From the NCBI GenBank assembly GCA_963703285.1, contig OY969807.1, positions 96,001 to 160,000 of the forward strand: a DNA stretch of 64,000 bases. Reading direction: 5' to 3'. Below the pieces are notes generated by a model. The model did not search any database, had not been told where the DNA came from, and worked only from the letters and a program-made list of their open reading frames with translations. Below are positions 28,543 to 39,311 of the stretch, piece after piece. Made by a program: the position numbers and the translations under genes. The stretch comes from an uncultured Nitrososphaerota archaeon. GTDB lineage: Archaea; Thermoproteota; Nitrososphaeria; Nitrososphaerales; Gagatemarchaeaceae. Positions within the stretch are counted from its first letter, which is position 1. Each line of letters begins with the position of its first letter.

Positions 28543-30354
28543 CTACTCCTCCTGCGTCTCCGCCGGAGCGAACTTGGTCACGTAGTAGTATTGGCCCCTT
28601 TCCTTCTGTTCCCTGTCGACCTTGCTGTCGGGCTTGTTGACCCGGGGCCTGCCGCTGTTGATGTCCCTGCGGTAGGTGAGACCGACCTCGTGCAGGAAGA
28701 TGTTCATGCCCTCCTCCTTCCCCATCGGGGCCGTGGCTCTCCCCTCGACCGCGGGCGTTCCGGTGAAAACCAGTATCTTGTCCGAGACCAGGTCGAGGAG
28801 CTGGATGTCATGGTCGATTACCATCGCGCTCTTACCCACCGCCTTGACCAGCCTGCTGATCGCCTTTGCGATCACGAAGCGGTCCTCAACGTCGACGAAC
28901 GCCGATGGCTCGTCGAGGGCATAGAGGTCTGCGTCCTGGGCGAAGGTCGTGACGATGGCCACCTTCTGGAGCTCGCCTCCGCTGAGCTCAGACATGTTCC
29001 TTGCGAGCAGCTTCTCGATCCTGAGCGGGACCGCCAGGTTCGCCTGAAGGTTGGGCTCGTCGAACCCCTTGCCGACCTTCTCTGTGAAGAAGTCCTGAAC
29101 CGTCCCAGAGTAGTCGGACCTCAGGTACTGTGGCTTGTAAGCGATCTTGGCACCCAGGTTGATGCTACCGCTGTCCGGCTTCTCCTCCCCGGCGAGCGTC
29201 CGCAGGAAGGTCGTCTTGCCGAGAGCGTTCGCGCCTATGATGCCGAGCACTACGCCCCTCGTGAGCTCGCCCCCGTGGGCCTGGAGCCGGAAACCGGGGA
29301 AGGTCTTCGTGATGTCAGTGTAGCTGGCCACGACCTCTTCGGACTGCTGGCTTTCCATCGAGGTGGCCGTCTCGAAGGTGATTGCTCTGTCCCTGAACCG
29401 GATGTTCTCCTGGGGCAGCATCCCCTCGAGGAGAGAGTTTATCCCCGTCCGCGACGGGTAGAGCGAAGACACCACACCGTAGGCGCCTGGCTCACCGTAG
29501 ATTATCTGGACGTAGTCGCTCGCGTAGTCCAGGAAGGTGATGTCGTGCTCCACCAGGACGACGTACTTTCCCTTCGCCGCTATCGACCTTATCAGCCTCG
29601 ACACGGCGAGTCTCTGATAGATGTCGTTGAAGGAAGAGGGCTCATCGAAGAGGTAGATGTCGGCGTCCTTCAAGGAGGCAACAGCGACGGCCAACCGCTG
29701 GAGCTCACCTCCGCTGAGTTCGGGCACGTTCTTCTCCAGGGCCTCCCTGAGGGCGAGCTCCCTGACGACGTCGTCCATCGCCCCCGTCTCGTCGACCTTC
29801 TCGAGCAGCGACTTGGCGTCCTTCTTCCAGATCTCGGGGAGCTTGTAGACGGCCTGGGGCTTGAGCGAGACCCTGATCTCTCCCTGTTCTATCCTCTTGA
29901 AGTGCTCCTTCATCTCCCTCCCGCTCAGGTACGCTAGGAACTTGTCCCACGATGGCTCCCTGTCGTACTCCCCCAGGTTCGGGATCAGCTGACCCGAGAG
30001 TATCTGGAGGGCCGTCGACTTGCCCACCCCGTTCCTGCCCACGAGGCCGACGACCTGCCCCTTCCGCGGGGTCGGTAGACGATACAGCCTGAACGAGTTG
30101 ATGCCGTACTGGTGGATCTTGTCCTGCTTGAGCTCCTCGCCGAGGTTGAGGATCGTTATCGCGTCAAAGGGGCAGACCTTGACGCATATCCCGCAGCCTA
30201 TGCAGAGCGACTCGGAGATTACGGCGAGCTTCTCTTCACCGAGGACGATGCACTGCTCGCCGTTGATGTTCACGGGGCAGTCTCTGATGCACTCTAGGCC
30301 ACACTTGTCTGAATGACACAAGTCAGAATCAAGTACCGCAACCCGGTGAACCAA
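28543..30354 (-). CDS. rli: Ribosome recycling ATPase ABCE1/RLI
   Basis: Two FeS Cys clusters (CIGCGICVKVCP), two ABC cassettes with LSGGELQ, GRPRVNK. Confidence 0.97.
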   Translation of the reverse strand: MVHRVAVLDSDLCHSDKCGLECIRDCPVNINGEQCIVLGEEKLAVISESLCIGCGICVKVCPFDAITILNLGEELKQDKIHQYGINSFRLYRLPTPRKGQVVGLVGRNGVGKSTALQILSGQLIPNLGEYDREPSWDKFLAYLSGREMKEHFKRIEQGEIRVSLKPQAVYKLPEIWKKDAKSLLEKVDETGAMDDVVRELALREALEKNVPELSGGELQRLAVAVASLKDADIYLFDEPSSFNDIYQRLAVSRLIRSIAAKGKYVVLVEHDITFLDYASDYVQIIYGEPGAYGVVSSLYPSRTGINSLLEGMLPQENIRFRDRAITFETATSMESQQSEEVVASYTDITKTFPGFRLQAHGGELTRGVVLGIIGANALGKTTFLRTLAGEEKPDSGSINLGAKIAYKPQYLRSDYSGTVQDFFTEKVGKGFDEPNLQANLAVPLRIEKLLARNMSELSGGELQKVAIVTTFAQDADLYALDEPSAFVDVEDRFVIAKAISRLVKAVGKSAMVIDHDIQLLDLVSDKILVFTGTPAVEGRATAPMGKEEGMNIFLHEVGLTYRRDINSGRPRVNKPDSKVDREQKERGQYYYVTKFAPAETQEE

Positions 30355-30370
30355 GGGTGCCCACCACCAG

Positions 30371-30934
30371 TCAGTCGTTTCTTAGCTTTTTGGCAATCGG
30401 ACAGAACGCGCAGATTTGAGGGTCGCCCGCGAGGCCGAGGCCGTCGTAGCTGTACTTCCTCCTCGCCTCCCCCCAGATGACATCCTCGCTCCTCTCCCCG
30501 TTGAGGTGCATCGACTCATGCTCTTCGATGATTGGCCTGAGCCTGCAGCCTGAGCAGTACTCCTTCAGAAAGGCGATGCGGCACCGAGTGGAGTTGTAGA
30601 TCATTATCACCGCCGTGCCGCCGGTCAGCCAGGCCATGACGAGGTCGCCCGCGGGCCCTATAGACGCCGAGAGCATGAACCCCATCGTGCCCGTCACCCC
30701 GAGGAGCGAGAGGCCGAGGACCCTCCCTTCTATACCGCTCGGATAGGAGAAGCCTATCGCCCTCTTCGGTATTGAAGAGAAGAAGAGCGGGGGGAACGCC
30801 ATCTTCACCAGGGTCGAGAGGACGACGAACCTGACCTCAGGGTCCGCCATGGGAGCCGACGGAGCGCGCCAAGACACCAGGCTCTTCGCCAACCCTAAGC
30901 ACCGGACCTCATCGAGTCTCGACTTGAGAGGCAT
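30371..30934 (-). CDS. Hypothetical membrane protein with HExxH and two CxxC motifs
   Basis: CSGC, HESMH, CAFC; hydrophobic hairpin. Confidence 0.6.
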   Translation of the reverse strand: MPLKSRLDEVRCLGLAKSLVSWRAPSAPMADPEVRFVVLSTLVKMAFPPLFFSSIPKRAIGFSYPSGIEGRVLGLSLLGVTGTMGFMLSASIGPAGDLVMAWLTGGTAVIMIYNSTRCRIAFLKEYCSGCRLRPIIEEHESMHLNGERSEDVIWGEARRKYSYDGLGLAGDPQICAFCPIAKKLRND

Positions 30935-31271
30935 TAGACGAGCGCCCTATTTATCCTTGATTCCCCTTCTCTTGATTGTTTTGCTCTAGATATCCAACCA
31001 TCAACCTTTATCACGCTGACTTTGGGGCACCACTGGCGGGACTGACAGCCGATGACGCCGTCGGAGCGCGTGAATTGGAGCGGAGGGTCATGATTCTCTA
31101 TAGATTAGGGAACGATTTCGGAAATTTCCCAAATATCGACCATTGGGCGGCTAACGGCATGGGGTTTGAAGGATCCGATGACCTAGGGGTCGGGAGCACA
31201 GGAGTGCTTCAGCCCCGGCGCCGTGTCGAGTACCACGCCCTCAAAGCGTCTCCGGAATCGATGGGTGACGC

Positions 31272-32612
31272 ATGATGGACCGGTCAAGGCGAATCTTGCT
31301 ACCCGCGACGGTGGTCCTTCTGGCTTCTCTCCTGGTGATGTCTGGGCTTGCAGCCTCCAGGTCCGGGCAAATCGAGACGGCGACCCACGCGATTACGCCT
31401 GGCGAGACCGTCCACATGGGAGGCTCGCCGAGTGCTGCATCGCTCTCCGCAGAGCTCCAGAGGCACCCTCCGGTCCCAACGAACTATGACGAGCAGCTGG
31501 GGATAACCTTCACCCAGAATTTCAATTCATTGGAGTACAACGTGACGGCGGTCGAGCAGGTTGACCCGACCTTGGACACCGGCCCTGGTTACCTTCTCAG
31601 CGGAGTCTCCAGCGTCGGTTACTGGTTCCAGGTCGGCCTCTCCTATAACTGGTCTCCAGGAGACATGCCGGGGACGGGGTTCGCCATGAGCTACGAGGTC
31701 TTCAACTCCCAGGGCAACTCCATCTTCCCCGCCAACGGCGGCGGGGGTCTCACGTCATACTCGGGCACCATCAATCCCGGAGACAATGTGACCATCCAGC
31801 TGTACTTCTCCGCCGGATTCGTCGTCATGGCAGCGCACGACGTTAACACCGGCGCATCTGCAACGGAGGAGTACCCGGCAGGCGGCGCTACATACTTTCT
31901 CGGCCTCAACAGCGATGCAAACGCCGAGGGCTTCTTCACTGGCCTGATGACGGAGTGGTACCACGGCGAGCCCTACTACTCTAACCCGGCGGAGGTAATT
32001 TACTCTGCAAACACTTCGGTCTCATCCGCCTATCTGTGGATGGACGAGTTCAACGCTAACAACGGGCAAGTCGTCTTCACCAGCAACGCGACAGCTGTCA
32101 CCACCTTCACCGCGAACCCCACGCAGCTCCAGCTGTTCTCGTACGAGAGCATCACCGAGTACAGCGATGCGTTCGAGTTCGTCACCGGCCCTCTCTCGGG
32201 TTCGACTACGACCTCATCCTCGTCAACGACCTCGAGCTCCGTGACAACGTCCATCGAGACTGTGACGGTAGGCCCGACCCAGACTGTCACGACCACCGTT
32301 CCAGTGACGGTCACCCAGACGGCAACGGCGACCGCGACGACCACAGTCACGCAGCCAGTGACTGCGACCGTGACCGTCATGCCCCCGACCGTCACTGTGA
32401 CCACGACCTCCGTCCCTGCGCCGAGCGTCTCCACCACCACGCAGACCGCGACCCAGACAGTAACAGCGCCTGCTTCGACCGTCGTCCCGACTTGGGCCTA
32501 CGCGCTAATGGGGGTCCTCCTGTTGGCCGGGATAACGGCGGGCTACCTGATCAGGAGGCCTGCGTCGAGCCCGCGCGAGGTCCAGCCGCCAGACAGCCCG
32601 AGCGGCCTCTGA
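31272..32612 (+). CDS. Secreted, membrane-anchored beta-rich protein with Thr-rich stalk
   Basis: Signal peptide, WFQVGL and LMTEW segments, TVT repeats, C-terminal TM. Confidence 0.7.
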   Translation: MMDRSRRILLPATVVLLASLLVMSGLAASRSGQIETATHAITPGETVHMGGSPSAASLSAELQRHPPVPTNYDEQLGITFTQNFNSLEYNVTAVEQVDPTLDTGPGYLLSGVSSVGYWFQVGLSYNWSPGDMPGTGFAMSYEVFNSQGNSIFPANGGGGLTSYSGTINPGDNVTIQLYFSAGFVVMAAHDVNTGASATEEYPAGGATYFLGLNSDANAEGFFTGLMTEWYHGEPYYSNPAEVIYSANTSVSSAYLWMDEFNANNGQVVFTSNATAVTTFTANPTQLQLFSYESITEYSDAFEFVTGPLSGSTTTSSSSTTSSSVTTSIETVTVGPTQTVTTTVPVTVTQTATATATTTVTQPVTATVTVMPPTVTVTTTSVPAPSVSTTTQTATQTVTAPASTVVPTWAYALMGVLLLAGITAGYLIRRPASSPREVQPPDSPSGL

Positions 32613-32624
32613 TTCGGCTGGAGG

Positions 32625-33488
32625 TCAGCCTTTGGGAGGTTGCTCCGAGCCGGCGGAGCTCGAGTACGCCTCGCCTATCCTCTTCTCCAGCCTCGCCCCG
32701 AACGACCGGACCCGCGCCGCGACGGTCGGGGTCAGGTCGAGAGACAGCGGTGATATGGAGATCGCGTTCTCCTTGTGCACGGCATAGACGTCGGAGTTCT
32801 TCTTGAAAGTCGGAAGCCTTGAGCCCCAGACCCAGTAGTAGGGCCTTCCCCTTGGGTCCTTCCTCTGCAGTACGTAGTCCCTGTACTTCCTCACTTCGAT
32901 CGACGTCAGCTTCACCTTGGTCCCCACGACCGTCTTCCATGGAAAGTTCACGTTCAGTATGTTCACCCCTTGGGGCAGCCCGTTGGTGAGCACCTCCCGC
33001 GCTATCTCAGCCGCGACCTTCGCGGGCAGGTCGAACCGGCTGTCCTTCTGCCCGTGGCTGAACAGCCGGTTTCCCGGCACCTCCATGGAGAACGCGACGG
33101 CGGGGATTCCGAGGAGCGACGCTTCCATGGCGGCCGCCACCGTCCCCGACGCCAGTATGTCCTGAATCGTGAGGTTTTCCCCTATGTTTATGCCGGAGAC
33201 GACCATGTCGGGCCTCCGAGGCAGCATCTTGTTAACGCCAACCATCACGGAATCGGCGGGGCTGCCCGAGACAGCGTAGCAGGGCCTCCCGTGAACGAGC
33301 ACCTTCTCGACGCGCAGGGGCCTGTGGAACGTGAGGCTCATGCCGGCCGCGCTCTGCTGGCCCTCTGGGGCGATGACGGAGACGTGGGCGAACTGCGCGA
33401 TAGCGTCCGTGAGCGCAACTATCCCGGGGCTGAAGACTCCGTCGTCGTTGGTGACCATCACCAGGTGCGAGCTTCTCCTCGTGCTCAT
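32625..33488 (-). CDS. surE: 5'/3'-nucleotidase SurE
   Basis: VTNDDG, GSPADSV, SGINIGEN, SGTVAAA. Confidence 0.95.
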   Translation of the reverse strand: MSTRRSSHLVMVTNDDGVFSPGIVALTDAIAQFAHVSVIAPEGQQSAAGMSLTFHRPLRVEKVLVHGRPCYAVSGSPADSVMVGVNKMLPRRPDMVVSGINIGENLTIQDILASGTVAAAMEASLLGIPAVAFSMEVPGNRLFSHGQKDSRFDLPAKVAAEIAREVLTNGLPQGVNILNVNFPWKTVVGTKVKLTSIEVRKYRDYVLQRKDPRGRPYYWVWGSRLPTFKKNSDVYAVHKENAISISPLSLDLTPTVAARVRSFGARLEKRIGEAYSSSAGSEQPPKG

Positions 33489-34087
33489 CCCTCCTTCAGC
33501 CGCATTGCCACCCCGTTAATAGCCTCGTCCGGGTTACGACAACCGTAGTGCTCCCTCAGAATCCTTCTCACCTTCTCGGGCCTGTCGTCTCCGAATGAAA
33601 GGTACGTTATCTGCTTCTCTTCAGTGGTGATGTCCAGCCCCTCGATAATCCGGGATATCCTCGACTCGTCCTCGGTGACCTCCTCTGTCGTCCTCCTCAT
33701 CCTCTCAGCGAGCTCTTCGGCCCTCCGTCTCATCAGGATTACGTCCTGGGCCAGCCTATCGAGCTCGGCGCTTGGGTCGTCGACTCTCGCTGGTTCTGTC
33801 GCAATCTCCCTCCCGAGGACCGCGACCGTCATGTCGCCCTCGGAGTAGTCTGCCACCCTCCGAGAGTCGATGTAGTAGAGCTTCCTCGACCTGAGGTACC
33901 TCCCTGAGGAGAGGTTCTTCGTCCTGAGTATGCCCAACCTCGAAAGTATCTTGAGGTGCTTGAGGACTCCCTGGACCGACATCCCGGTCGTCTCTGCAAG
34001 CTCCCCGAGGGTTCTCGGCCTCGACGAAAGCAGACTAGCTATGGTCAATCTCGCCCTCGAGCTGACAATCTCTTCTATCGCCGTCAT
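33485..34087 (-). CDS. ArsR-like wHTH plus coiled-coil regulator, probable heat-shock repressor (HSR1/Phr-like)
   Basis: TLGELAETTGMSVQGVLKHLKIL HTH, RKLYYI; divergent from hsp20-cdc48. Confidence 0.7.
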   Translation of the reverse strand: MTAIEEIVSSRARLTIASLLSSRPRTLGELAETTGMSVQGVLKHLKILSRLGILRTKNLSSGRYLRSRKLYYIDSRRVADYSEGDMTVAVLGREIATEPARVDDPSAELDRLAQDVILMRRRAEELAERMRRTTEEVTEDESRISRIIEGLDITTEEKQITYLSFGDDRPEKVRRILREHYGCRNPDEAINGVAMRLKEG

Positions 34088-34110
34088 TGTGCTTGGTGCT
34101 GCGGCAGAAA

Positions 34111-34155
34111 TATTTAAAAGGATTTAACCATAGGCTAATTAACCAGTGGTTAATT
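34111..34155. promoter_or_regulatory. TATA box plus tandem palindromic operator
   Basis: TATTTAAA 34111-18; TTAACC-ATA-GGCTAA 34124-38; AATTAACCA-G-TGGTTAATT 34137-55. Confidence 0.75.
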
Positions 34156-34664
34156 TGTCAGAGGAGAAGAGAACCAACCTTCGGGACATGTTGGACGAGA
34201 TAGACCATTACTTTGAAGAGTTCGAGAGGTCCGTTGAAGACGCGGTGAAATCGAGCGTCAACATGGGCCAGAAGGCCTTCTCGAAGCCGGTCGTGACTGG
34301 GATGGCGATGGGCTTCGGGCCCGAGGGTAAGCCCAGGATTCAGTTCTTCGGTGACAACCTCGTGGGCCCCGACGGCTACAGGGCGCCGATATACGAGCAG
34401 GTCCTCGACCAGGCGGAGGGAAATCTGCGACTGCTTGTGGAACTGCCGGGTGTCGAGAAGGAGGACGTCCAGCTCTCCGCAATCGAGGACAAGGTGACGG
34501 TCGAGGCGGCCAGGGGAGACCGGAAGTACAGGACCGAGGTGGCGCTGCAGCGGGACATCGATCCCGAGTCGGGCACTGCGTCCTACAAGAACGGTCTGCT
34601 CGAAGTGGCCTTCAAATTGAGGGACAACACTAATAAGGGATACAGGAGAGTCAACGTTGTCTGA
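34146..34664 (+). CDS. hsp20: Small heat shock protein Hsp20
   Basis: [29 protein letters not shown]; start may be TTG 34155. Confidence 0.9.
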   Translation: MVNLSEEKRTNLRDMLDEIDHYFEEFERSVEDAVKSSVNMGQKAFSKPVVTGMAMGFGPEGKPRIQFFGDNLVGPDGYRAPIYEQVLDQAEGNLRLLVELPGVEKEDVQLSAIEDKVTVEAARGDRKYRTEVALQRDIDPESGTASYKNGLLEVAFKLRDNTNKGYRRVNVV

Positions 34665-36847
34665 AAGTGACAAAGGCGTGAGCCAACAACAGGTCCAGCT
34701 AAAGGTACTCGAGGCCTACACCCGAGACGTGGGACGGGGCGTGGCTAGGATCGATTACGATGCGATGGACGCCCTCGACGCTTCCACCGGTGACGTCATA
34801 GAGATTCGCGGCAAGAGGAGGACCGTCGCCAAGTGCCTTCCCCTCTACCCCTCCGACGAGGGCCGGGGCATAGTCCGCATAGACGGGCTCATCAGGAACA
34901 ACGCCGGGGTCGCGATTGGCGACATGGTAACCGTGAAGAAGGTGAAGGCTCCGCCCGCCGAGAAGGTGGTCGTGGCGCCCCTGGAGGCGGTCCCGCCAAT
35001 CGATGAGAGGTACCTCGCAGACGCTCTGGAGAGCGTGCCGGTCACCAAGGGCGACAACGTCATGATTCCATACTTCGGCGGCAGGCTGACGTTCCAGGTC
35101 GTAGGACTGAGCCCGGCGGCAGAGGCAGCGCTCATCACGCAGAGGACCGTCTTCGTGATATCGGAGAAGGGTGAGGCTCTGAGGGGAGTTCCCCAGGTCA
35201 CCTACGAGGACATCGGCGGCCTGAAGGACGAGATACAGAAGGTCAGGGAGATGATCGAACTCCCCCTGAGGCACCCGGAGATCTTCGAGAAGCTCGGTGT
35301 CGAGGCGCCCAAGGGAGTCCTTCTGTACGGGCCCCCGGGAACGGGGAAGACCCTCCTGGCCAAGGCCGTCGCGACAGAGTCAAACGCGCACTTCATCCCG
35401 ATCTCGGGACCCGAGATCATGAGCAAGTTCTACGGAGAGTCGGAGGCGAGGCTCAGGGAGATCTTCAAGGAGGCGAAGGAGAAGGCCCCCACCATCATAT
35501 TCATCGACGAGATCGACTCGATAGCGCCCAAGAGGGAAGAGGTGACCGGAGAGGTCGAGCGAAGGGTCGTGAGCCAGCTCCTGTCCCTGATGGACGGGCT
35601 GGAGGCTAGAGGGAAGGTAATCGTCATCGCGGCCACGAACCGGCCCAACGCCATCGACCCGGCCCTCAGGAGGCCCGGAAGGTTCGACAGGGAGATAGAG
35701 ATCAAGGTGCCAGACAAGAAGGGCCGCTACGAGATACTCCAGATACACACCCGCCACATGCCCCTTACCCAGGACGTGGACCTGGAGAGGCTCGCGGCCG
35801 TCACCCACGGCTTCGTCGGAGCTGATGCGGAGTACCTGTGCAAGGAGGCCGCCATGAAGACGCTGAGGAGGATGCTCCCCGTGCTCAAGCTCGGAGAAGA
35901 GAGGCTGAGCCCGGAGGTCCTTGACAAGCTCATCGTCACAATGAACGACTTCGAGGAGGCGCTGAAGGACGTCATGCCCTCCGCCATGCGCGAGGTCTAT
36001 CTGGAGACGCCGGACGTCAAGTGGTCCGAGATAGGAGGACTGGAAGACGTGAAGAAGGAGCTCCAGGAGGCCGTGGAGTGGCCGCTGAAGTTCCAGGACC
36101 TCTACAAGGTCATCGGGTACAACATGCCCAAGGGAGTCCTGCTGCACGGTCCGTCCGGTACGGGCAAGACGATGCTCGCCAAGGCGGTCGCGACCGAGAG
36201 CGAGGCGAACTTCATCAGCATACGCGGCCCCGAACTACTCAGCAAGTGGGTCGGCGAGTCCGAGCGCGGAGTCCGTGAGGTCTTCCGCAGGGCGCGCCAG
36301 GCGTCTCCTTGCGTCATCTTCTTTGACGAGATCGACGCGCTCAGCGCCGACCAGGGGGCTGGGCGGCGACAGCATGGTCACCGAGAGGGTCGTGAGCCAG
36401 CTCCTGACCGAGCTCGACGGCATCCAAGCTCTCAACGGCGTCGTCGTGCTGGCTGCCACAAACAGGATAGACATGGTGGACCCCGCGCTCGTGCGGCCGG
36501 GAAGGTTCGACAAGATCATCTCGATCCCGCTACCCAACAAGGAGGCGAGGCTCCAGATACTCAGCCTGGCCCTTGAAGGCAAGCAGAAGGACAGGGACGT
36601 CGACGCCGACACGCTCGTCGAGATGACCGAGGGCTTCAGCGGAGCCGACCTGGCATCCCTGGTCAACACGGCCGTCTCGATGGTCCTGCAGGAGTACGTC
36701 GCGAAGTATCCGAAGATAGAGGACGCCAAGGCGCACATCAAGGAGGCAATCGTCACGATGGACCACTTCAAGGCGTCCGCGAAGAAGGTCCGCATGTCCA
36801 GAGAGTCAAAGCCGATGGAGAAGGTCGCGGTGCCCTACTACCGCTGA
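34657..36847 (+). CDS. cdc48: CDC48/VCP AAA+ ATPase, apparent +1 frameshift near 36343
   Basis: GPPGTGKT and GPSGTGKT Walker A motifs, RPGRFD in both domains; D2 continues in the 36275..36847 frame. Confidence 0.95.
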
Positions 36848-36896
36848 AGAGGGCGCCCGAACCCCTTTAATCGGCCGCGAAGCCACCCGATTACGC

Positions 36897-38552
36897 TTGT
36901 CTCAGCAGTTCAAGGTAATCGGCAGAGGCACGTGGCTCGACCGCGTAGCCAACGAGACCATAGAGCGAGACAAGCGTCTGGGCAGGGACCTTTCGCTCAT
37001 CAGGGTGGAGAGCGGCCTTGGCGCGTCCGGTCTCCCGCACATAGGGAGCGTCGGCGACGCGATAAGGTCCTATGGAGTGAAGATGGCCCTCGAGGGCCTA
37101 GGCTACAGGTCCGAGCTCATCGCCTTCTCTGACGACCTCGACGGTTTCCGCAAGGTCCCGGCGGGGTTCCCGGAATGGCTCAACGACTACATCGCCCATC
37201 CAGTGACCAGGGTTCCCGACCCCTTCGGGTGCCACAAGTCGTTCGGAGAACACGTGGGTTCCCTGCTCAAAGCCTCACTCGACGAGCTGGGGATCAGCTA
37301 CACCTTCATGAGCGGTGCGGAGGCCTACAAGAGCGGGCTTCTCAACGACCAGATCAGGACGATACTGGAGAACGCTGAGGTCATCGGGGAGAAGATCAAG
37401 GAGCTCACCGGCCAGGACAAGTATCAGTCAGTCTTCCCATACACGCCCATCTGCAAGAACTGCGGGAGGCTCTACACCACGAAGGTGACCAGCTACGACC
37501 CCGAGAGGGGGACCATCCACTACAGGTGCGAGAGCGCCAAGATCAGGGACAAGGTAGTCGTGGGATGCGGCTACGAGGGGGACAGAGCGATATCTGAGGG
37601 CGAGGGCAAGCTCGCATGGAAGAGCGAATTCGCGGCCCGATGGGTCGCGCTCGACATAAGGTTCGAGGCCTACGGGAAAGACATAGCAGACTCGGTCAAG
37701 GTGAACGACTGGATCTGCGAGAACATCCTCAAGCACCCCCCGCCCTACCACGTAGCCTACGAGCTCTTCCAGGACAAGTCCGGGCGGAAGATTGCCAAGT
37801 CGGTGGGCAACGTGCTGACGCCACAGGACTGGCTCCAATACGCCTCCGCCGCCAGCCTGAGGCTCCTCATGTTCAAACGGATAGTCGGCGCCAGGAACAT
37901 CTCGATAGCGGACATACCGACCTACATGGACGAGTTCGACGACCTCGAGGCGTTCTACTTCGCAAATAAGAGGGACCCCAACGCGATGAAGGACGCAAAG
38001 CAGCGCGGGCTATACGAGTACACCGTCCTCACGAAGGTACCCGAGAGGCCCGACGTCCACGTGCCATACAGACAGGTGGCTGAGCTCGCTGCCGTGGCAC
38101 CCGACACGGCGGTCGTTGAGTTCGTGGCAAAGCGCCTGATAGCGAACGGTGCTGTGAAGGAGCGGTCGCCTGGACTCGCGACCAGGATAGGGTGGGCTGC
38201 GAGGTGGGCGAGGGCCATGCAGCTCGCGACGATAGGACCCCAGGTCGATTCTGCCGAGGCTTCCCCCTTCAAGCGCACGTCGGCGGCTGGAGGGCTGCAG
38301 ATTGACCCTCAGACGCAGGCTGCACTCAAGAGCTTCGCCGACGCCCTTGACAGCTGCACTACCCCAGACGAAGTGCAAGCCGCGGCCTTCGAGGCTGTGA
38401 GGAAGGCCGACGGAACCACCGCCAATTTCTTCTCTGCGGTTTATCGCATCCTGATCGGCTCAGAGAAGGGTCCCAGGCTGGGCCCCTACGTCGTCGACGC
38501 GGGTGTCAAGGCCGTCCAGGAAAGGATCAAGGCCGCGCTGGGATCCGCCTAA
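36897..38552 (+). CDS. lysS: Lysine--tRNA ligase, class I
   Basis: ASGLPHIG, DPFGCH, KIAKSVGN, GPRLG. Confidence 0.95.
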   Translation: MSQQFKVIGRGTWLDRVANETIERDKRLGRDLSLIRVESGLGASGLPHIGSVGDAIRSYGVKMALEGLGYRSELIAFSDDLDGFRKVPAGFPEWLNDYIAHPVTRVPDPFGCHKSFGEHVGSLLKASLDELGISYTFMSGAEAYKSGLLNDQIRTILENAEVIGEKIKELTGQDKYQSVFPYTPICKNCGRLYTTKVTSYDPERGTIHYRCESAKIRDKVVVGCGYEGDRAISEGEGKLAWKSEFAARWVALDIRFEAYGKDIADSVKVNDWICENILKHPPPYHVAYELFQDKSGRKIAKSVGNVLTPQDWLQYASAASLRLLMFKRIVGARNISIADIPTYMDEFDDLEAFYFANKRDPNAMKDAKQRGLYEYTVLTKVPERPDVHVPYRQVAELAAVAPDTAVVEFVAKRLIANGAVKERSPGLATRIGWAARWARAMQLATIGPQVDSAEASPFKRTSAAGGLQIDPQTQAALKSFADALDSCTTPDEVQAAAFEAVRKADGTTANFFSAVYRILIGSEKGPRLGPYVVDAGVKAVQERIKAALGSA

Positions 38553-38586
38553 GGGTTAATAGCCGAAGGGTCTTGGCGCGGTGCGA

Positions 38587-38677
38587 GGGCCCGTAGCCTA
38601 GTACGGATCAGGGCATCAGCCTGCGACTTCAAGAGGTAGAAAGCTGAGGGTCGAGGGTTCAAATCCCTCCGGGCCCG
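38587..38677 (+). tRNA. tRNA-Arg(GCG) with 15-nt intron at 37/38 (38627-38641)
   Basis: GGGCCCG/CGGGCCC acceptor, TCAGC/GCTGA anticodon stem, GGTTCAAATCC T-loop, BHB helix CTGC/GTAG with GAC and AAA bulges; no encoded CCA. Confidence 0.93.
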
Positions 38678-38714
38678 CTCATTCATCAACCTAGTCTGGT
38701 CAGACCCCGTGTCT

Positions 38715-39068
38715 TCATCCGAACAGGTAATCTTGGGAAGCTGAATCTACTTCCCGCTTGCTCTCGAGGGGGGAGCCACTCCCAACGTTGAACACGTTCG
38801 CTCCCGCCTGTCCACCATGGAGCCCTATGACATCCTCGATTCTCTCCCAGACGCCTTCCTTCCTCCACTCCTTCAACCTCCTGTTTGCGGTAGAATCGTC
38901 TCCGTACTCCTTGGGGAGGTAGTTCCAGGGTATCCTGGCCTCCAGCACAAACAGAATGGCGTTGATCGTACGCCTGTCGTCAGCTCTTGGTCTGCCATCC
39001 TTGGAGGTGCCGGGAAGGAGGTTCCTGACCTTCTTCCACTGGTCGTCGGTTAGGTCCGAGAAGGCCAT
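38715..39068 (-). pseudogene. IS5-family transposase N-terminal fragment (DUF4096-like)
   Basis: DLTDDQW, GRPRADDR, INAILFVL, WNYLP, WRKEGVW; no DDE domain follows. Confidence 0.75.
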
Positions 39069-39311
39069 GAACAGCAGATGAGGTGGCTCGTCTCAAAGAT
39101 GAGAAAGTGAAAAGAAATTGATAAGATGATGGAGTTTTGAGATAAAATTCAATTTCTTTATATGTCCTCCCGAATCTGCCTTTTCCGGTTGTCGGTCTTT
39201 GAGAAACACCACTGCGGGTGACCCGGGGAAGGGGAGGACCAACAAAGCGGCGAACCTATTCGGGTGTTTTCTTATAACTCAGAAAAAACCAAATCCATAG
39301 GCGAAGAAATT

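Noticed and set aside
28591-29937. Long antisense or alternative-frame ORFs (also 1845-3086, 19820-20932, 47398-48333)
   Set aside because: Typical high-GC shadows of well-supported genes
30976-31275. 99 aa ORF in lower-GC spacer
   Set aside because: No motif, atypical composition; cannot be supported
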